Shown: positions 11,101 through 19,400 of the stretch, piece after piece
How positions within the stretch are numbered: position 1 is the stretch's first letter
How the letters are laid out: every line of letters begins with the position of its first letter
NCBI GenBank assembly: GCA_963674755.2
Contig: CAXXVS010000002.1
Span: forward strand, 832,001 to 896,000
Origin: Desulfobacterales bacterium
Lineage (GTDB): Bacteria; Desulfobacterota; Desulfobacteria; Desulfobacterales; UBA5852
Direction of reading: 5' to 3'
DNA length: 64,000 nt
The notes under the pieces: model-generated
Seen by the model: the letters and a program-made list of their open reading frames with translations, nothing else
What the model was told of the DNA's origin: nothing
Databases searched by the model: none
Translations under genes and position numbers: made by a program

Positions 11101-12296
11101 AAGTTTAGCGAGGGCGGTAAGGTGGCATGACGGAGTCCCAGCAGCACTTTGATGAGTCCGGCGGCGCCGGCGGCCGTGAGGAGGTGGCCGATCATGGATT
11201 TGACGGTACCGATGGCGCATTGACCGGGGTGCCAGCCTGCCGGTCCCCAGAGGGATTTCAGACTGCGGATTTCCGTCGCATCGCCGACGGGGGTCCCGGC
11301 GCCGTGGCATTCGATCAAATCGACGTCCGAAGGCTGCCAGCCTGCCGCCGCATAGGCCATTTGCATGGCCCGCAACTGGCCTTCCGTATCCGGTGCCAGC
11401 AAATTACCGCGCATGTCATTGGAAACGCCAGCCCCCCGTATCAGGGCCTGGATCGTGTCGCCCTGCTTAAGGGCGTCGTCCAATCGTTTCAAAACCACGA
11501 TACCGCAGCCCTCTCCGACGACAAGGCCGTCGGCGGAACGATCGAAGGGGGCGCAACGGCCTGAACGCGACAGGGCCTGTAACTGGGTAAAACCGATCTG
11601 GGTATAAAGGGTGTCGGGGCGGGCGACCCCCCCGGCCAGAACCGCATCGGCCCGACCGGCTTGGAGCGCATCACAGGCCAATTTGACGGCGAACAGGGAA
11701 GACGCACAGGCGGCATCAAGGGTAAAGGTATTGCCGCCCAGACCGAGCGCGGCGCCTAAAAGGGCGCCCGGAAACCCGGTGACACTGCTGGCCAGGGCTT
11801 CGTTGCGGTGCAATGATGCCGCCCTGCGGGGTACTTGGGGGAAGAGTTTGTCTTCGACCGCCTGCAGGAAGATCCGGCGTGTCAGCCGCGAGGCCGCATC
11901 CGTGGGCAGCGCAATGGCGGCCAGGATGACATCCACCCGCACCGGATCGACGGCGGCGCTGCAGCAGCTCTGCCAGGCGGACCGCCCCGTTTCCAGGACA
12001 AGGTGATGCATGGGATCCAGCCGCGTAAGGAATTGGGGCGCAATTTCAAATCCCTCGCTATCGAAAGCAAAGTCTTCGATCCATCCGGCTGTTAAGGAGC
12101 GGGCTTTGTCAGGCTTCCCCGTGGGATCCAGGATGCTGGCGGGCGCCACCGGCCATCGTTCCGGTGCCACAGGACGGATCGCACTTTGGGCCCGCGCGAT
12201 ATTCTCCCAGAATTGGGTGAGATTCGGCGCACCGGGGAAAATGCCGGCCGCGCCGACGACGGCAATGGCGGGGGCGTGACGGTTGTGCATATACAC
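5190..12296 (-). CDS. pfaBC: PfaBC-type PUFA synthase subunit: KS-CLF-AT plus four FabA-like hot-dog domains
   Basis: KS DAACASS/HGAGT/GHLL; second KS has no catalytic Cys (SDEAAS); AT GYSLG; FabA-type CHFVDDMVMPG and AHFYQDPVCPG. Start is GTG 12296 or ATG 12290. Confidence 0.88.
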   Translation of the reverse strand: MYMHNRHAPAIAVVGAAGIFPGAPNLTQFWENIARAQSAIRPVAPERWPVAPASILDPTGKPDKARSLTAGWIEDFAFDSEGFEIAPQFLTRLDPMHHLVLETGRSAWQSCCSAAVDPVRVDVILAAIALPTDAASRLTRRIFLQAVEDKLFPQVPRRAASLHRNEALASSVTGFPGALLGAALGLGGNTFTLDAACASSLFAVKLACDALQAGRADAVLAGGVARPDTLYTQIGFTQLQALSRSGRCAPFDRSADGLVVGEGCGIVVLKRLDDALKQGDTIQALIRGAGVSNDMRGNLLAPDTEGQLRAMQMAYAAAGWQPSDVDLIECHGAGTPVGDATEIRSLKSLWGPAGWHPGQCAIGTVKSMIGHLLTAAGAAGLIKVLLGLRHATLPPSLNFKEPTPESGLSDSPFRVPTRAMPWTRRNDGTPRRAAVSAFGFGGINAHVLVEEWPPGDAPTGAPDRRGTAHVVSASRPNADPIAIVGMDVLFGPAANLKAFQEMVFRGDAAFEPLTAPRSKNCGALLRSYLQRSQALQGAFLKDFSIALADFRIPPKEIPDLLPQHLLMLKVALGAMQDAGLAPHQERPRMGCIVGMEFDLENTNFHLRWNTDQWVARWNERYGLGLAPDQLSGWAHAMSDTFAPPLTHTRTLGALGGVIASRIAREFRFGGPSFTVSDEAASGLKALSIAMQALQGREVDTMLVGAVDLPGDLRRLIKAHSRQAYAAGASPDCLGKRADGTLPGEGAAAVVLKRLADARRDGDRVYAVVRGLGAARRSRTFENDDLGEALETALVNALDEADVAPQSVGYLEAHGSAVPTEDQAEYHALGQVFGGRRKTPLALGAVKAALGHTGASAGLAGLVKTALCLFHQILPPLPRYQAPPDISTGEDFFHVPMRPLFWSADREDLPRRACLNALTADGNAMSVFLEEFVSEDTPKTDPLLTAPAGIPEHGLFMLESPTVKQLPDRLSALTEHLEESRRSGRSIGTAALEWFHRHGSNPQLPCALAICLSDYGDLDRVHHDALEALKQRRPITFHGMSGCHFSPHPLGPTTQPTLVYPGSGNHYLGMGRQLSLQWPEIWRAASRSTDRFAAQGRAAMLMPYRARWPENWRQEAQAALDADPVTAIYGQVLFGCLTTDLLHFLGVRPSAVLGYSLGETVGYFATGAWPDRGQMLARMENSDLFRTQLAGPCQAARGHLPIPDKVPVDWRVAVVNRPTDAVRRFLKDAPAVRLLMINTPEECVIGGHGPAVADLIGRMDCQAFYLEGVVAVHWEAVQSVAEAYRALHRFPTTPPAGMAYYSCAAGRRIDLTPETTAESLLKQAIAGFDFPATVEQAYRDGTRLFLEVGPRGSCTRMIRRILSDRPHLALTVAPDPENEVAGLAKALGVLAAERLPVRLDRFFPPDEALGPTRAGSASREARIVSIGCGGMPLDPPRPPQREHPVGPNPSPPPAIKQDPTPTGIDPTPESVDNEVSAGQLFFDQTSALIRGMNDHLAATGAAHQHFLDLTQDLGRQYAQIVDLHTRLMHQAQYEDLLADGLPEQPLIRPSQDDAAPGEAPKQTYPKDPLPPVAFDRAMCLEFAVGSVAMVLGPEFAPVDRFPARVRLPDEPLMLVDRILSVEGPKGVLGPGRLVTEHDVHPDAWYLDGGRAPVCIAVEAGQADLFLSAYLGIDLEVKGERTYRLLDATVTFHRGLPRPGEVIRYDIRIEKFIRQGATWLFFFRFDGTIDGQPLITMRNGCAGFFTEEEVRRSGGIILTADDTRPLTGVAPEDWQPPVAMVREAYDEAGLEALRQGDLGACFGPAFEGLRLPESQRLPSGRMALIHRVQALDPAGGRYGLGMIRAEADIHPDDWFLTCHFVDDMVMPGTLMYECCAHTLRILLQRMGWISDRPDVVYEPVVGRPAVLKCRGPVTPETRQVVYEVELSEIGFNPEPYVIADAHMYADGHRIVLFRGMTMKMSGMDRAALDNFWRRPMTPQTDRERNQAPGKSNPILFSREQLIEFATGRPSHAFGPPYRPFDRERFIARLPGPPYAFIDAVTHIEPPAWVVAPDGWVEAVYHPDPGDWYFRSNSGAFMPIAVLMEIALQACGFLAAYMGSALQSEKDLHFRNLDGEATLHANVFSQDGPVRTRARLLQSSAAGDMLIQHYAFEVRQADRRIYEGQTSFGFFTPEALANQVGLPQADRPSTPAMPGGTVQHLEDMVPLTPGDAHLRPKNAAPWPSKALRMIDCIEDFDPQAGPHGLGYVRGSKTVDPEEWFFKAHFYQDPVCPGSLGIESLVQLLQYAAGAIWPAEIRTHAMALWTPATHIWRYRGQILPTHRRVEVEAVITERRSRPHPAITADGYLKCDGLYIYKMQNFGLGLLPRKPPR

Positions 12297-12621
12297 CTTG
12301 GCGGGGTATGGACATCATCCTTGCACGGCGATGCCCAAACCCAGGCGGGTAATGGTTAAAAAACTAGATTTATTACTACCTTTGGGAGAACAGGGCAATA
12401 AAATTTCGATGTCGGCCCGACCCTGGGCAGGCCTGTCGAATGGTTCCCGGCGGGGGCATATCGGTCATGGTTCTCTTGACATTGGTGCGGCGTTTTCTTA
12501 TTTAGAAAATTTCGTAAAATTGCCGACGTGTCGAGATCTTGATTCCGCACGAACTGCTGCGGTGCCTATCGGGCGAACAGCGGTCATTTGGAAACGACCC
12601 CCTGGGGGCTTGGAGGAAGCA

Positions 12622-13215
12622 ATGGGAAAAGAAGAAGCAGGCCAGGTACGTGACACCGCCATGGTGCGTTCCATGCTGCGCGATGCCGGCTATTCCGAGA
12701 AGGCGGTGAACTATTATCTGGAGACGCCCCATATGGGCGTCATTGAAAATGCGGATCAGGTATCTGAGATGACAGGAACCTGCGGCGATACGATCAAAGT
12801 CTATCTCAAGATCGAAAATGATCGCATCAGCGATGTCAAATATCAGATCATGGGGTGTCCGGGGTCCATCTCCGCCGCCATGGCGGCCGGCGACCTGGTG
12901 CGTGGCCGAACGGTCGATGAGGCGTTGGCCCTCAACGACGGCGATGTCTTCCAGTTTCTGGAGGAAATTCCCGTCAAAAAGCATCATTGTATTCAATTGG
13001 CCGTGAAAGCCCTGCTTGGGGCCATTAAGAGTTACCGCGACGGCAGCGCCAGCGGCGACCAGGTGGTCAAAGCGGCGATTCCCACGGGACACGGTCGGCG
13101 TGAGCAAGGCGGGGACGATAACCTGGCGTGCTGCGGGGCCCCCAAAGGCCAGGGCGATTGCGAAACCGCAGGGGCCTGCTGCGGCAAGACCATTTCCGAA
13201 ATGGGGAACAAATAG
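12622..13215 (+). CDS. NifU/IscU N-terminal-type Fe-S scaffold protein with a Cys-rich tail
   Basis: TCGDTIKVYL, GCPGSISA and KHHCIQLA give the three scaffold Cys; GGAGG RBS before ATG 12622 (the ORF-track start is over-extended). Confidence 0.8.
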   Translation: MGKEEAGQVRDTAMVRSMLRDAGYSEKAVNYYLETPHMGVIENADQVSEMTGTCGDTIKVYLKIENDRISDVKYQIMGCPGSISAAMAAGDLVRGRTVDEALALNDGDVFQFLEEIPVKKHHCIQLAVKALLGAIKSYRDGSASGDQVVKAAIPTGHGRREQGGDDNLACCGAPKGQGDCETAGACCGKTISEMGNK

Positions 13216-13339
13216 CCGGGATCCCGGCGCCAAATGCAACCATACAAATGGAGGTCCGGAGATCGCCGCATGCATCGGCCGCCGGCCTCCATTTCTGTTG
13301 GCGAGGTCTTTGCGAATCCATCCCACGCGAGGGGCGGGG

Positions 13340-13969
13340 ATGCCTGAGGAGTCGTCCCTGATGGACTACCGTGCGGAACAATTACTTAATCAGGAAAGCA
13401 TTCAGGACTACTTCTTCCGCTACGGTGAAGAAGAAAGAATGCTGATCAAGAGGTGGTGCCGCGGCTATTTCTTGTTCAGGGAAGATGTGGCCGCCTTTCA
13501 AACCCGTTATTTCCAATCCCTCTGCAATGCCGCCTGCTTTCAGGCCCAACGCAGCGCCTGCTGCAACAAGGACGGTATCATTACCTTTTTTGCCGATCTC
13601 GTCGTGAACGCCATCGCCAGCGAACCCCAGGAATTGACGGCTCTTGTGGCCGGGCTGCGCCGAGCCCGTACGGATATGAAATGCATCTATCTCGGGCCGG
13701 AAGGCTGCCGCTGGCGCGTGAAGCCCATCGTGTGCGAGATGTTCCTGTGTGATCGCGCCCAGGGAGAGGTTTTCAATGCTTCGCCGGAGGCGGCGGAGAT
13801 TTGGGACGGAATGAAAAAACGGGAACGGGGATTCCGCTGGCCTGATCGGCCGGTGCTGTTCGATCAGATCGAGTCGCGGTTTATGGCTGCGGGCGTGAGT
13901 TCTTCTTTAATGTACCTGCATAACAGCCCGGGTCTGATCCGCATCAAAAGAAAAGCCGGGCTGCTCTGA
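13340..13969 (+). CDS. Cys-cluster hypothetical protein (YkgJ/CxxCxxCC-like)
   Basis: CNAAC..SACC...CIYLGPEGC..KPIVCEMFLC; start uncertain. Confidence 0.55.
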   Translation: MPEESSLMDYRAEQLLNQESIQDYFFRYGEEERMLIKRWCRGYFLFREDVAAFQTRYFQSLCNAACFQAQRSACCNKDGIITFFADLVVNAIASEPQELTALVAGLRRARTDMKCIYLGPEGCRWRVKPIVCEMFLCDRAQGEVFNASPEAAEIWDGMKKRERGFRWPDRPVLFDQIESRFMAAGVSSSLMYLHNSPGLIRIKRKAGLL

Positions 13970-13983
13970 ACGCGGCATCTCCG

Positions 13984-14232
13984 CTAGACCGTATCGTATA
14001 CTTCTTCCGATACGGCGGCTGGTTGCGACGATCCAATCTTGACGACATTCTTGGCGGCCGGACCGCGTTGGCCACGTTCGATATCAAACGTCACCTGGTC
14101 GCCTTCCGCCAGCGTTTTGAATCCTTCCATTTGAATTGCTGAAAAATGGACGAAAACATCGCCCTCTTCTTCCTGCTCGATAAACCCATAGCCTTTTTTG
14201 TCACTGAACCACTTTACGATACCATTTGGCAT
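13984..14232 (-). CDS. csp: Cold-shock domain protein
   Basis: [15 protein letters not shown] (RNP1) and VFVHFSAI (RNP2); GGGGAG RBS. Confidence 0.95.
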   Translation of the reverse strand: MPNGIVKWFSDKKGYGFIEQEEEGDVFVHFSAIQMEGFKTLAEGDQVTFDIERGQRGPAAKNVVKIGSSQPAAVSEEVYDTV

Positions 14233-14407
14233 GGTCAAAATCTCCCCGTGTAAAGCAGGTCGCGGTGAAAGTCATTGCTCGTGTTCGGGTGGAAGCAGCA
14301 ACGGCCTTTCACGCAACCGGCCCGCAGCCAAAACCGGGATTTGAACCTTATTTTTGTTAGACTGAAAGGGGATCCAAAGTCAAGCGAAACCTATCATGGC
14401 GGATGCC

Positions 14408-15862
14408 TCAGGGGGAGGGCAGGGGCTGGCTGTGCCGCATGGTAAAACGGACCAGAATACTATTCGCCTGTCCGGGCGCCAGACGAAGGGATGCCGGCGT
14501 CAACGCTAAGGACGTGCGCAGTTCGCCGGAATGCTTTAGGCCGTCAACCGGCACTTTGACCGTATAGATGGTATCGATTCCGGCCAAAAGCAATTCTCCG
14601 CCGATGACCTCGACCGTGGCCGGTTCGAGCAGAACGTCCTGGATCAGAATGCCGGGGGGTAGGGTCCCGCTCCAGTCCACCTGCACCGGAAGCGTTTTTT
14701 TGCCGATGGTATCCACCATGATGTCGACGGTGTTCGGCTCTATTTTTTTCAATGAGGTGCCCGGAGGCAGGGTGACATCGTCTTCGGTGATGGAGAAGCT
14801 GTTGAGCCCCGGAACGGCTTTGCTGATATCCAGGCGTACGCGGATCTGGTTCGGATCAAGCCGGTTGATCAATTGCAGCGAACCGCTTAGTTGAATCTTA
14901 ACCGATGACGTAGAGCTCTCGATGATCTCCATGCGGGAATCGCCGCGGATGTATTCGATGGGAACTTCGAGCGTGGTCAGGCTGCGGACAAACCCCAGCG
15001 AAAAACTGTACCAGACACAGCTGACCACAATCAGCGACATCATAAAGGCGATGGCGGCGAACCAGCGGTCCCGATGCGCTTTTTGGGGGGTATCCACCGA
15101 CATGCCGGTGTGCTGACGCAGACGCATTTCCAACGAAGCTGCATCCGCGACAGGTTCGATCTGTCCCATGCTGGCCAGCGTCACCTCGCCGCGCTCCTCG
15201 GATACGATGATCACGAGGGCGTCCGAATGCTCCGTCAGGCCCATGGCGGCCCGGTGACGTGTGCCGTAGCGCATGGGCAGGTCGGCCCTTTCGGTGAGCG
15301 GCAGAATGGCTGACACGCGGTTGATACGATTCCCCCGAATCACGGCCGCGCCGTCATGGACCGGATTCCCGGGCCAGAAAATGCTCTCGATCATCTGGCG
15401 GGACACCTGACCGTTCCAGGGAACACTACTCTGGATCGCCGCATCCACCGGCTGCCGTCCGGGAACCACGATCAGCGCACCGATTTTTCGCCGTGCCAGC
15501 TGATAAACGCTGGCGGTGATGATTTCAACCGGTGTAACAACCGGTTTCGGGGTTACGTACCAGAGGATGTCTTTAATCCCCTTGGTCTGGAACAGGCTGC
15601 GGATTTCGTAGCGGAAGACAATCAGGACGCCGATGGCGGTCAGGGCGGCCAGCCCCTGAAGGACGAAGTGGGTTAGAATCATGCTGGCGGAGGAAACGAT
15701 CTGCTGGACGATCAACAGGACAAAGATGATGACGACCACCATAAAAAGGCGGGTACCGCGCAGGATAATATAGAGTCGAAAGAGAAGGTAGCTGTTGAGC
15801 AGGATGTCCAAAACATCCTGCCATCGGAGGACCTCGAACAGCTTGTCCAGGAAGACCGACAT
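14408..15862 (-). CDS. dacA: Membrane diadenylate cyclase (CdaA/DacA) fused to YbbR/CdaR-like domains
   Basis: Three N-terminal TM segments, HDGA and GTRHRAA DAC motifs, IIVSEERG, a further TM, then beta-rich YbbR-like repeats. Confidence 0.85.
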   Translation of the reverse strand: MSVFLDKLFEVLRWQDVLDILLNSYLLFRLYIILRGTRLFMVVVIIFVLLIVQQIVSSASMILTHFVLQGLAALTAIGVLIVFRYEIRSLFQTKGIKDILWYVTPKPVVTPVEIITASVYQLARRKIGALIVVPGRQPVDAAIQSSVPWNGQVSRQMIESIFWPGNPVHDGAAVIRGNRINRVSAILPLTERADLPMRYGTRHRAAMGLTEHSDALVIIVSEERGEVTLASMGQIEPVADAASLEMRLRQHTGMSVDTPQKAHRDRWFAAIAFMMSLIVVSCVWYSFSLGFVRSLTTLEVPIEYIRGDSRMEIIESSTSSVKIQLSGSLQLINRLDPNQIRVRLDISKAVPGLNSFSITEDDVTLPPGTSLKKIEPNTVDIMVDTIGKKTLPVQVDWSGTLPPGILIQDVLLEPATVEVIGGELLLAGIDTIYTVKVPVDGLKHSGELRTSLALTPASLRLAPGQANSILVRFTMRHSQPLPSP

Positions 15863-15866
15863 GGGA

Positions 15867-16292
15867 TCAGTCCGTAATACTGAAGCGCAAGGTGCGGAGG
15901 AGGTTTTCGTCCGCATCACGAATTTCCACCCGCCAAGGTCCCTTGTCGGCTTCCCGCAGCTGAATGCTGCTGACCGAAGACCAGCTCGGTGGCTTTAGAA
16001 CCAGTTTTTTTCGGAAGATCAGTTTATCCTGCCGGATCCAATCGTGAAAGATGCTGGTTTGTTGCGGAACACGGTCAAATTCAGTGAAGCACATGACGGA
16101 GCCCGTACCGACCGAAAAAACCACACTCGGATTGATGGGTTTGAAATTTTCGAGTCCCTCGCAGATGACCGCTTCGGAGAGATGCAATTGATCCGCGTTG
16201 GCACGGCCTGGTGCTTCATTGTCGGCCGCGAAGGCGCCGGGCAGCAGGCTGCTCCACAGCACCAGGGCCCATATGGTGTGGTTTAGTGACAT
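15867..16292 (-). CDS. Secreted DUF2914-like Ig-fold protein
   Basis: Signal peptide; VMCFTEF...HDW...DKGPWRVEIRD pattern; ends 4 nt before the dacA start. Confidence 0.65.
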   Translation of the reverse strand: MSLNHTIWALVLWSSLLPGAFAADNEAPGRANADQLHLSEAVICEGLENFKPINPSVVFSVGTGSVMCFTEFDRVPQQTSIFHDWIRQDKLIFRKKLVLKPPSWSSVSSIQLREADKGPWRVEIRDADENLLRTLRFSITD

Positions 16293-16407
16293 GCGATATT
16301 CATGAACAGATTATCGACGATGTCAACCCCAATTTCACCGGCGGTCGCGGCGGCAAGCTTCGTCCTTACATGAAAACGCCAACCACGACAGGCCCGCATA
16401 GCTGTTT

Positions 16408-19400
16408 TCAGCCACCGGCGGCATAGTGCTGCGGCTTGAAGGCGCGCATCAAACGGTCCTCCATGACGGCCTCATAGCCCGTGAGTTCCGCCAACACCCG
16501 GCCCTCCTGGTCGAGAAAGCTGAAATCCCCGACCAGCTTGTAGCGGGAAGCGTCTTTGACCACCAGAACGACCTGAATCGCCGTGGGCGGGAATTTGCGG
16601 CAGTACTGGCGGTAGGCGGCCGTGTAACTGGGCAGCGAAACGCGCCCGGTTTGATCGTAGCACCAGAGACTTGCCATTTGAAAGGCACCGTCCATCACCA
16701 GTGGGTCGGCGATCCAGCGGTTGCGCGGCGGTTTTTGAATCCAGGCGGCCGGTTCCGGGGCAGTCAGTAGTTCGGCCCGCATGCCGTGGGCATTGCAGAC
16801 ATGCACCTGCCGGATGGCCTGGAGAGCGCCGCCATGGAAAAGAATGTCACGATAAACCTGGGCGACATCACGTTGGTCGTTATCATCCTGCAGGGCGGCA
16901 GGGATGGTGAAGTCCGGTGGCGATGGCAGGTGGTCAGCCAAAAGGGCCGTGGCGCGGGAATGGATGACTTCGGCGCCCTCTTCGAGACCGTCGCGGAGTT
17001 CGAGGTCGATCATGACGCCGCCGCCATTGGAACGGGCCGGGGAGGCCAGCACACGGATGGGACGACGCTGCCGATCACCAAGAACGATGCCTTTCAGCAG
17101 GCGCATGTCGTCCAGCCCGGTCAGCTGCAGGCCGGGGTTGTTGTGCAGGGCGCCATGGCCGAACCACTCGGCCATCAGGGCGAAGGGCACCACCGGTTTG
17201 CCATCCAGGCGATGATGGTCCAGAATCGGATAGCGTTCGAGATTCAGTTCGCTGATGAAAATGGTGCTCAGCCCGCGGCTGTTTTCCGCTTCGGCAGTCC
17301 CTGATGGGATGGCCGCTGTCGATAAGGGGTCTTGATTCCCCTGGGCAGCGGACAGCTCCGATCCGATGACGATTTCCACACCCTCACGGTTTCCGGCATC
17401 CATTTCAGCGACAACGGCTTGCGCACCCTGATCCAATGGGATCAAGGCAATCCTTTTCTCTAAAAATACTTTTTTGAGAAAAGCATCGACCATGCCGCCG
17501 TCCCAGGGTCCCCAGTTGATGGCCCGTACCACACAGTTCGCCCGCCGGGATGCCTCGGCCACCGCCATCTTGTTGAGGACTTCATTGGCGACGGCATAAT
17601 CCACCTGGCCGATGTTGCCGAAACGGGCGGCCACCGACGAAAACAAAACGATATGGCTGAGGGGGTCCTCCTGGGTGGCGGCCAGGAGGTTTTCCAGTCC
17701 CTCCACTTTGGTTGTAAAAACCTCGTGGAATTCTTCCGGTGTTTTTTCAGCGATCAACCGGTCGCGCAGGACACCGGCGCCGTGGATGAGGGCTTTGATG
17801 GGACCATGCACCAGACGGACATCGTTCAACACGGCCCGGACACGGTCCGCATTGCGGATATCCAGGGGAAAATAGCGGACGTCGGCACCCATGGATCGGA
17901 TACGCTCCAGATGGGTTTTAATTTCGCGGTTGGCCCTGTAACGGCGGCAGGCTTTTTCAACCGCTTGGGGCGTAGGGCGAACCGATTCGAAGTCATGGGC
18001 GATGACGGCCTTTTTAAGCTCGCTTTCCACGGTGATTCCGTTCAGCCATTCCGGTTCCACAAAGGGCTCGGGAGAGCGTCCCAGAAGGATCAGGGTCGGC
18101 TTCCAGCGGCGGGCCAACGCTTCGGCGGCGGCGGCCGTCACACCGCGCGCACCTCCTGAAATCACGACCACATCGCCGCTTTCAAGATTCCGGCCGCTAT
18201 CGTGGCGGCTGCCGAGCGGCGCGGAGGCGAGTGCCAAAGTCACGCGATCCTCCGGTCCCAAACCCACTTCCACGGGCGCATCAGGGGCCGGATGGAGCAA
18301 TTCGGCCACAACCCGGCGCGCGATGGCCGGGTTATCCCGCCAGCCACTGGCGATATCCAGGGCATGGCAGGACACCCCGGGCCATTCGATGGCCGCTGTC
18401 TTGGCAATTCCGGCCAGGCCGCCCTGTTGGGGGGGCTGGTTCGACAAGCCTTCCACACCGAAGGTGCCGTCCAGGCGGCTGACCGTAGCCAGAAAGGCGC
18501 CGCCTGCAGCGGCACTGGCCTGGAGGGAAGGTGCGAGATAATGCGTCAGGCCGAAAGCATCTTCCAGGAAGGCTTTGCTGCGGGCCGCGGCGCCGACGGC
18601 CTCATCGACATCAGCGAGCAGGATCAAGCCGGCGGCTTCCGGCAGCTGTTCGCGATGCTTAAGGATGTCGATCGAGATCTGGACCGTGGACAATCCCTGG
18701 GCCGACAATTGATCGGCCAACGCATGGGACAGACCGGTTTTGTCCGTTGTGATGAAAACCTTGCGGTCCCTCGGGAGGGCAAGCGGCTGGCCTGGATGGT
18801 GAGCCGTTTTGACAGCCGTCAGCCTGCGGCGGCTGAGGGTGGCAACCGGAAGGATTTCGGTTTCACCCGCAGGGGTGACAGATAGCGGTTCCGCGGACGT
18901 CTCCTTGGGAGGGGAGGGTGTCGGTGAATGGGGTGCACTGCCGGCAAGGACGGCCGCGATCTGGCCGAGGGTTTTGAGGCCGGCCATCTCGTCAGGAGCG
19001 ATGGCCGGCCGGTCCGGCAGCCGGTCCTCCATGGCCGAGAGGATTTCCACCCGTTTGATGGAGTCGATGCCCAAATCCGCCTCGATGTCCATGTCGCGCG
19101 AAAGCATTTCTACGGGATAGCCGGTGAGGTCGCTCACCACGGCCAGCAAGGCGGCGTGAACCTGTTCTGAAAGCGCTCCGGCAGCCGCGGAGGGCGCGTT
19201 TCCGGTTGCGTCCGGTGCGGCCGTCTGCGACGGATCGCCCACCGATTGCAGGCGATTGGCGATCTGCTCCAGGGTTTTGAGCTCGGCCATCTCATCGGGG
19301 GCAATGGCCGGGAAATCCGCGATCCGATCTTCGAGGGCCGAGAGGATTTCCACGCGTTTGATGGAGTCGATGCCCAGGTCGGCTTCCACATCCATGTCAA

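Noticed and set aside
12320..12340. Sigma54 promoter for pfaBC (GG-N10-GC on the minus strand)
   Set aside because: Only the spacing matches; the TGGCAC and TTGC context is poor.
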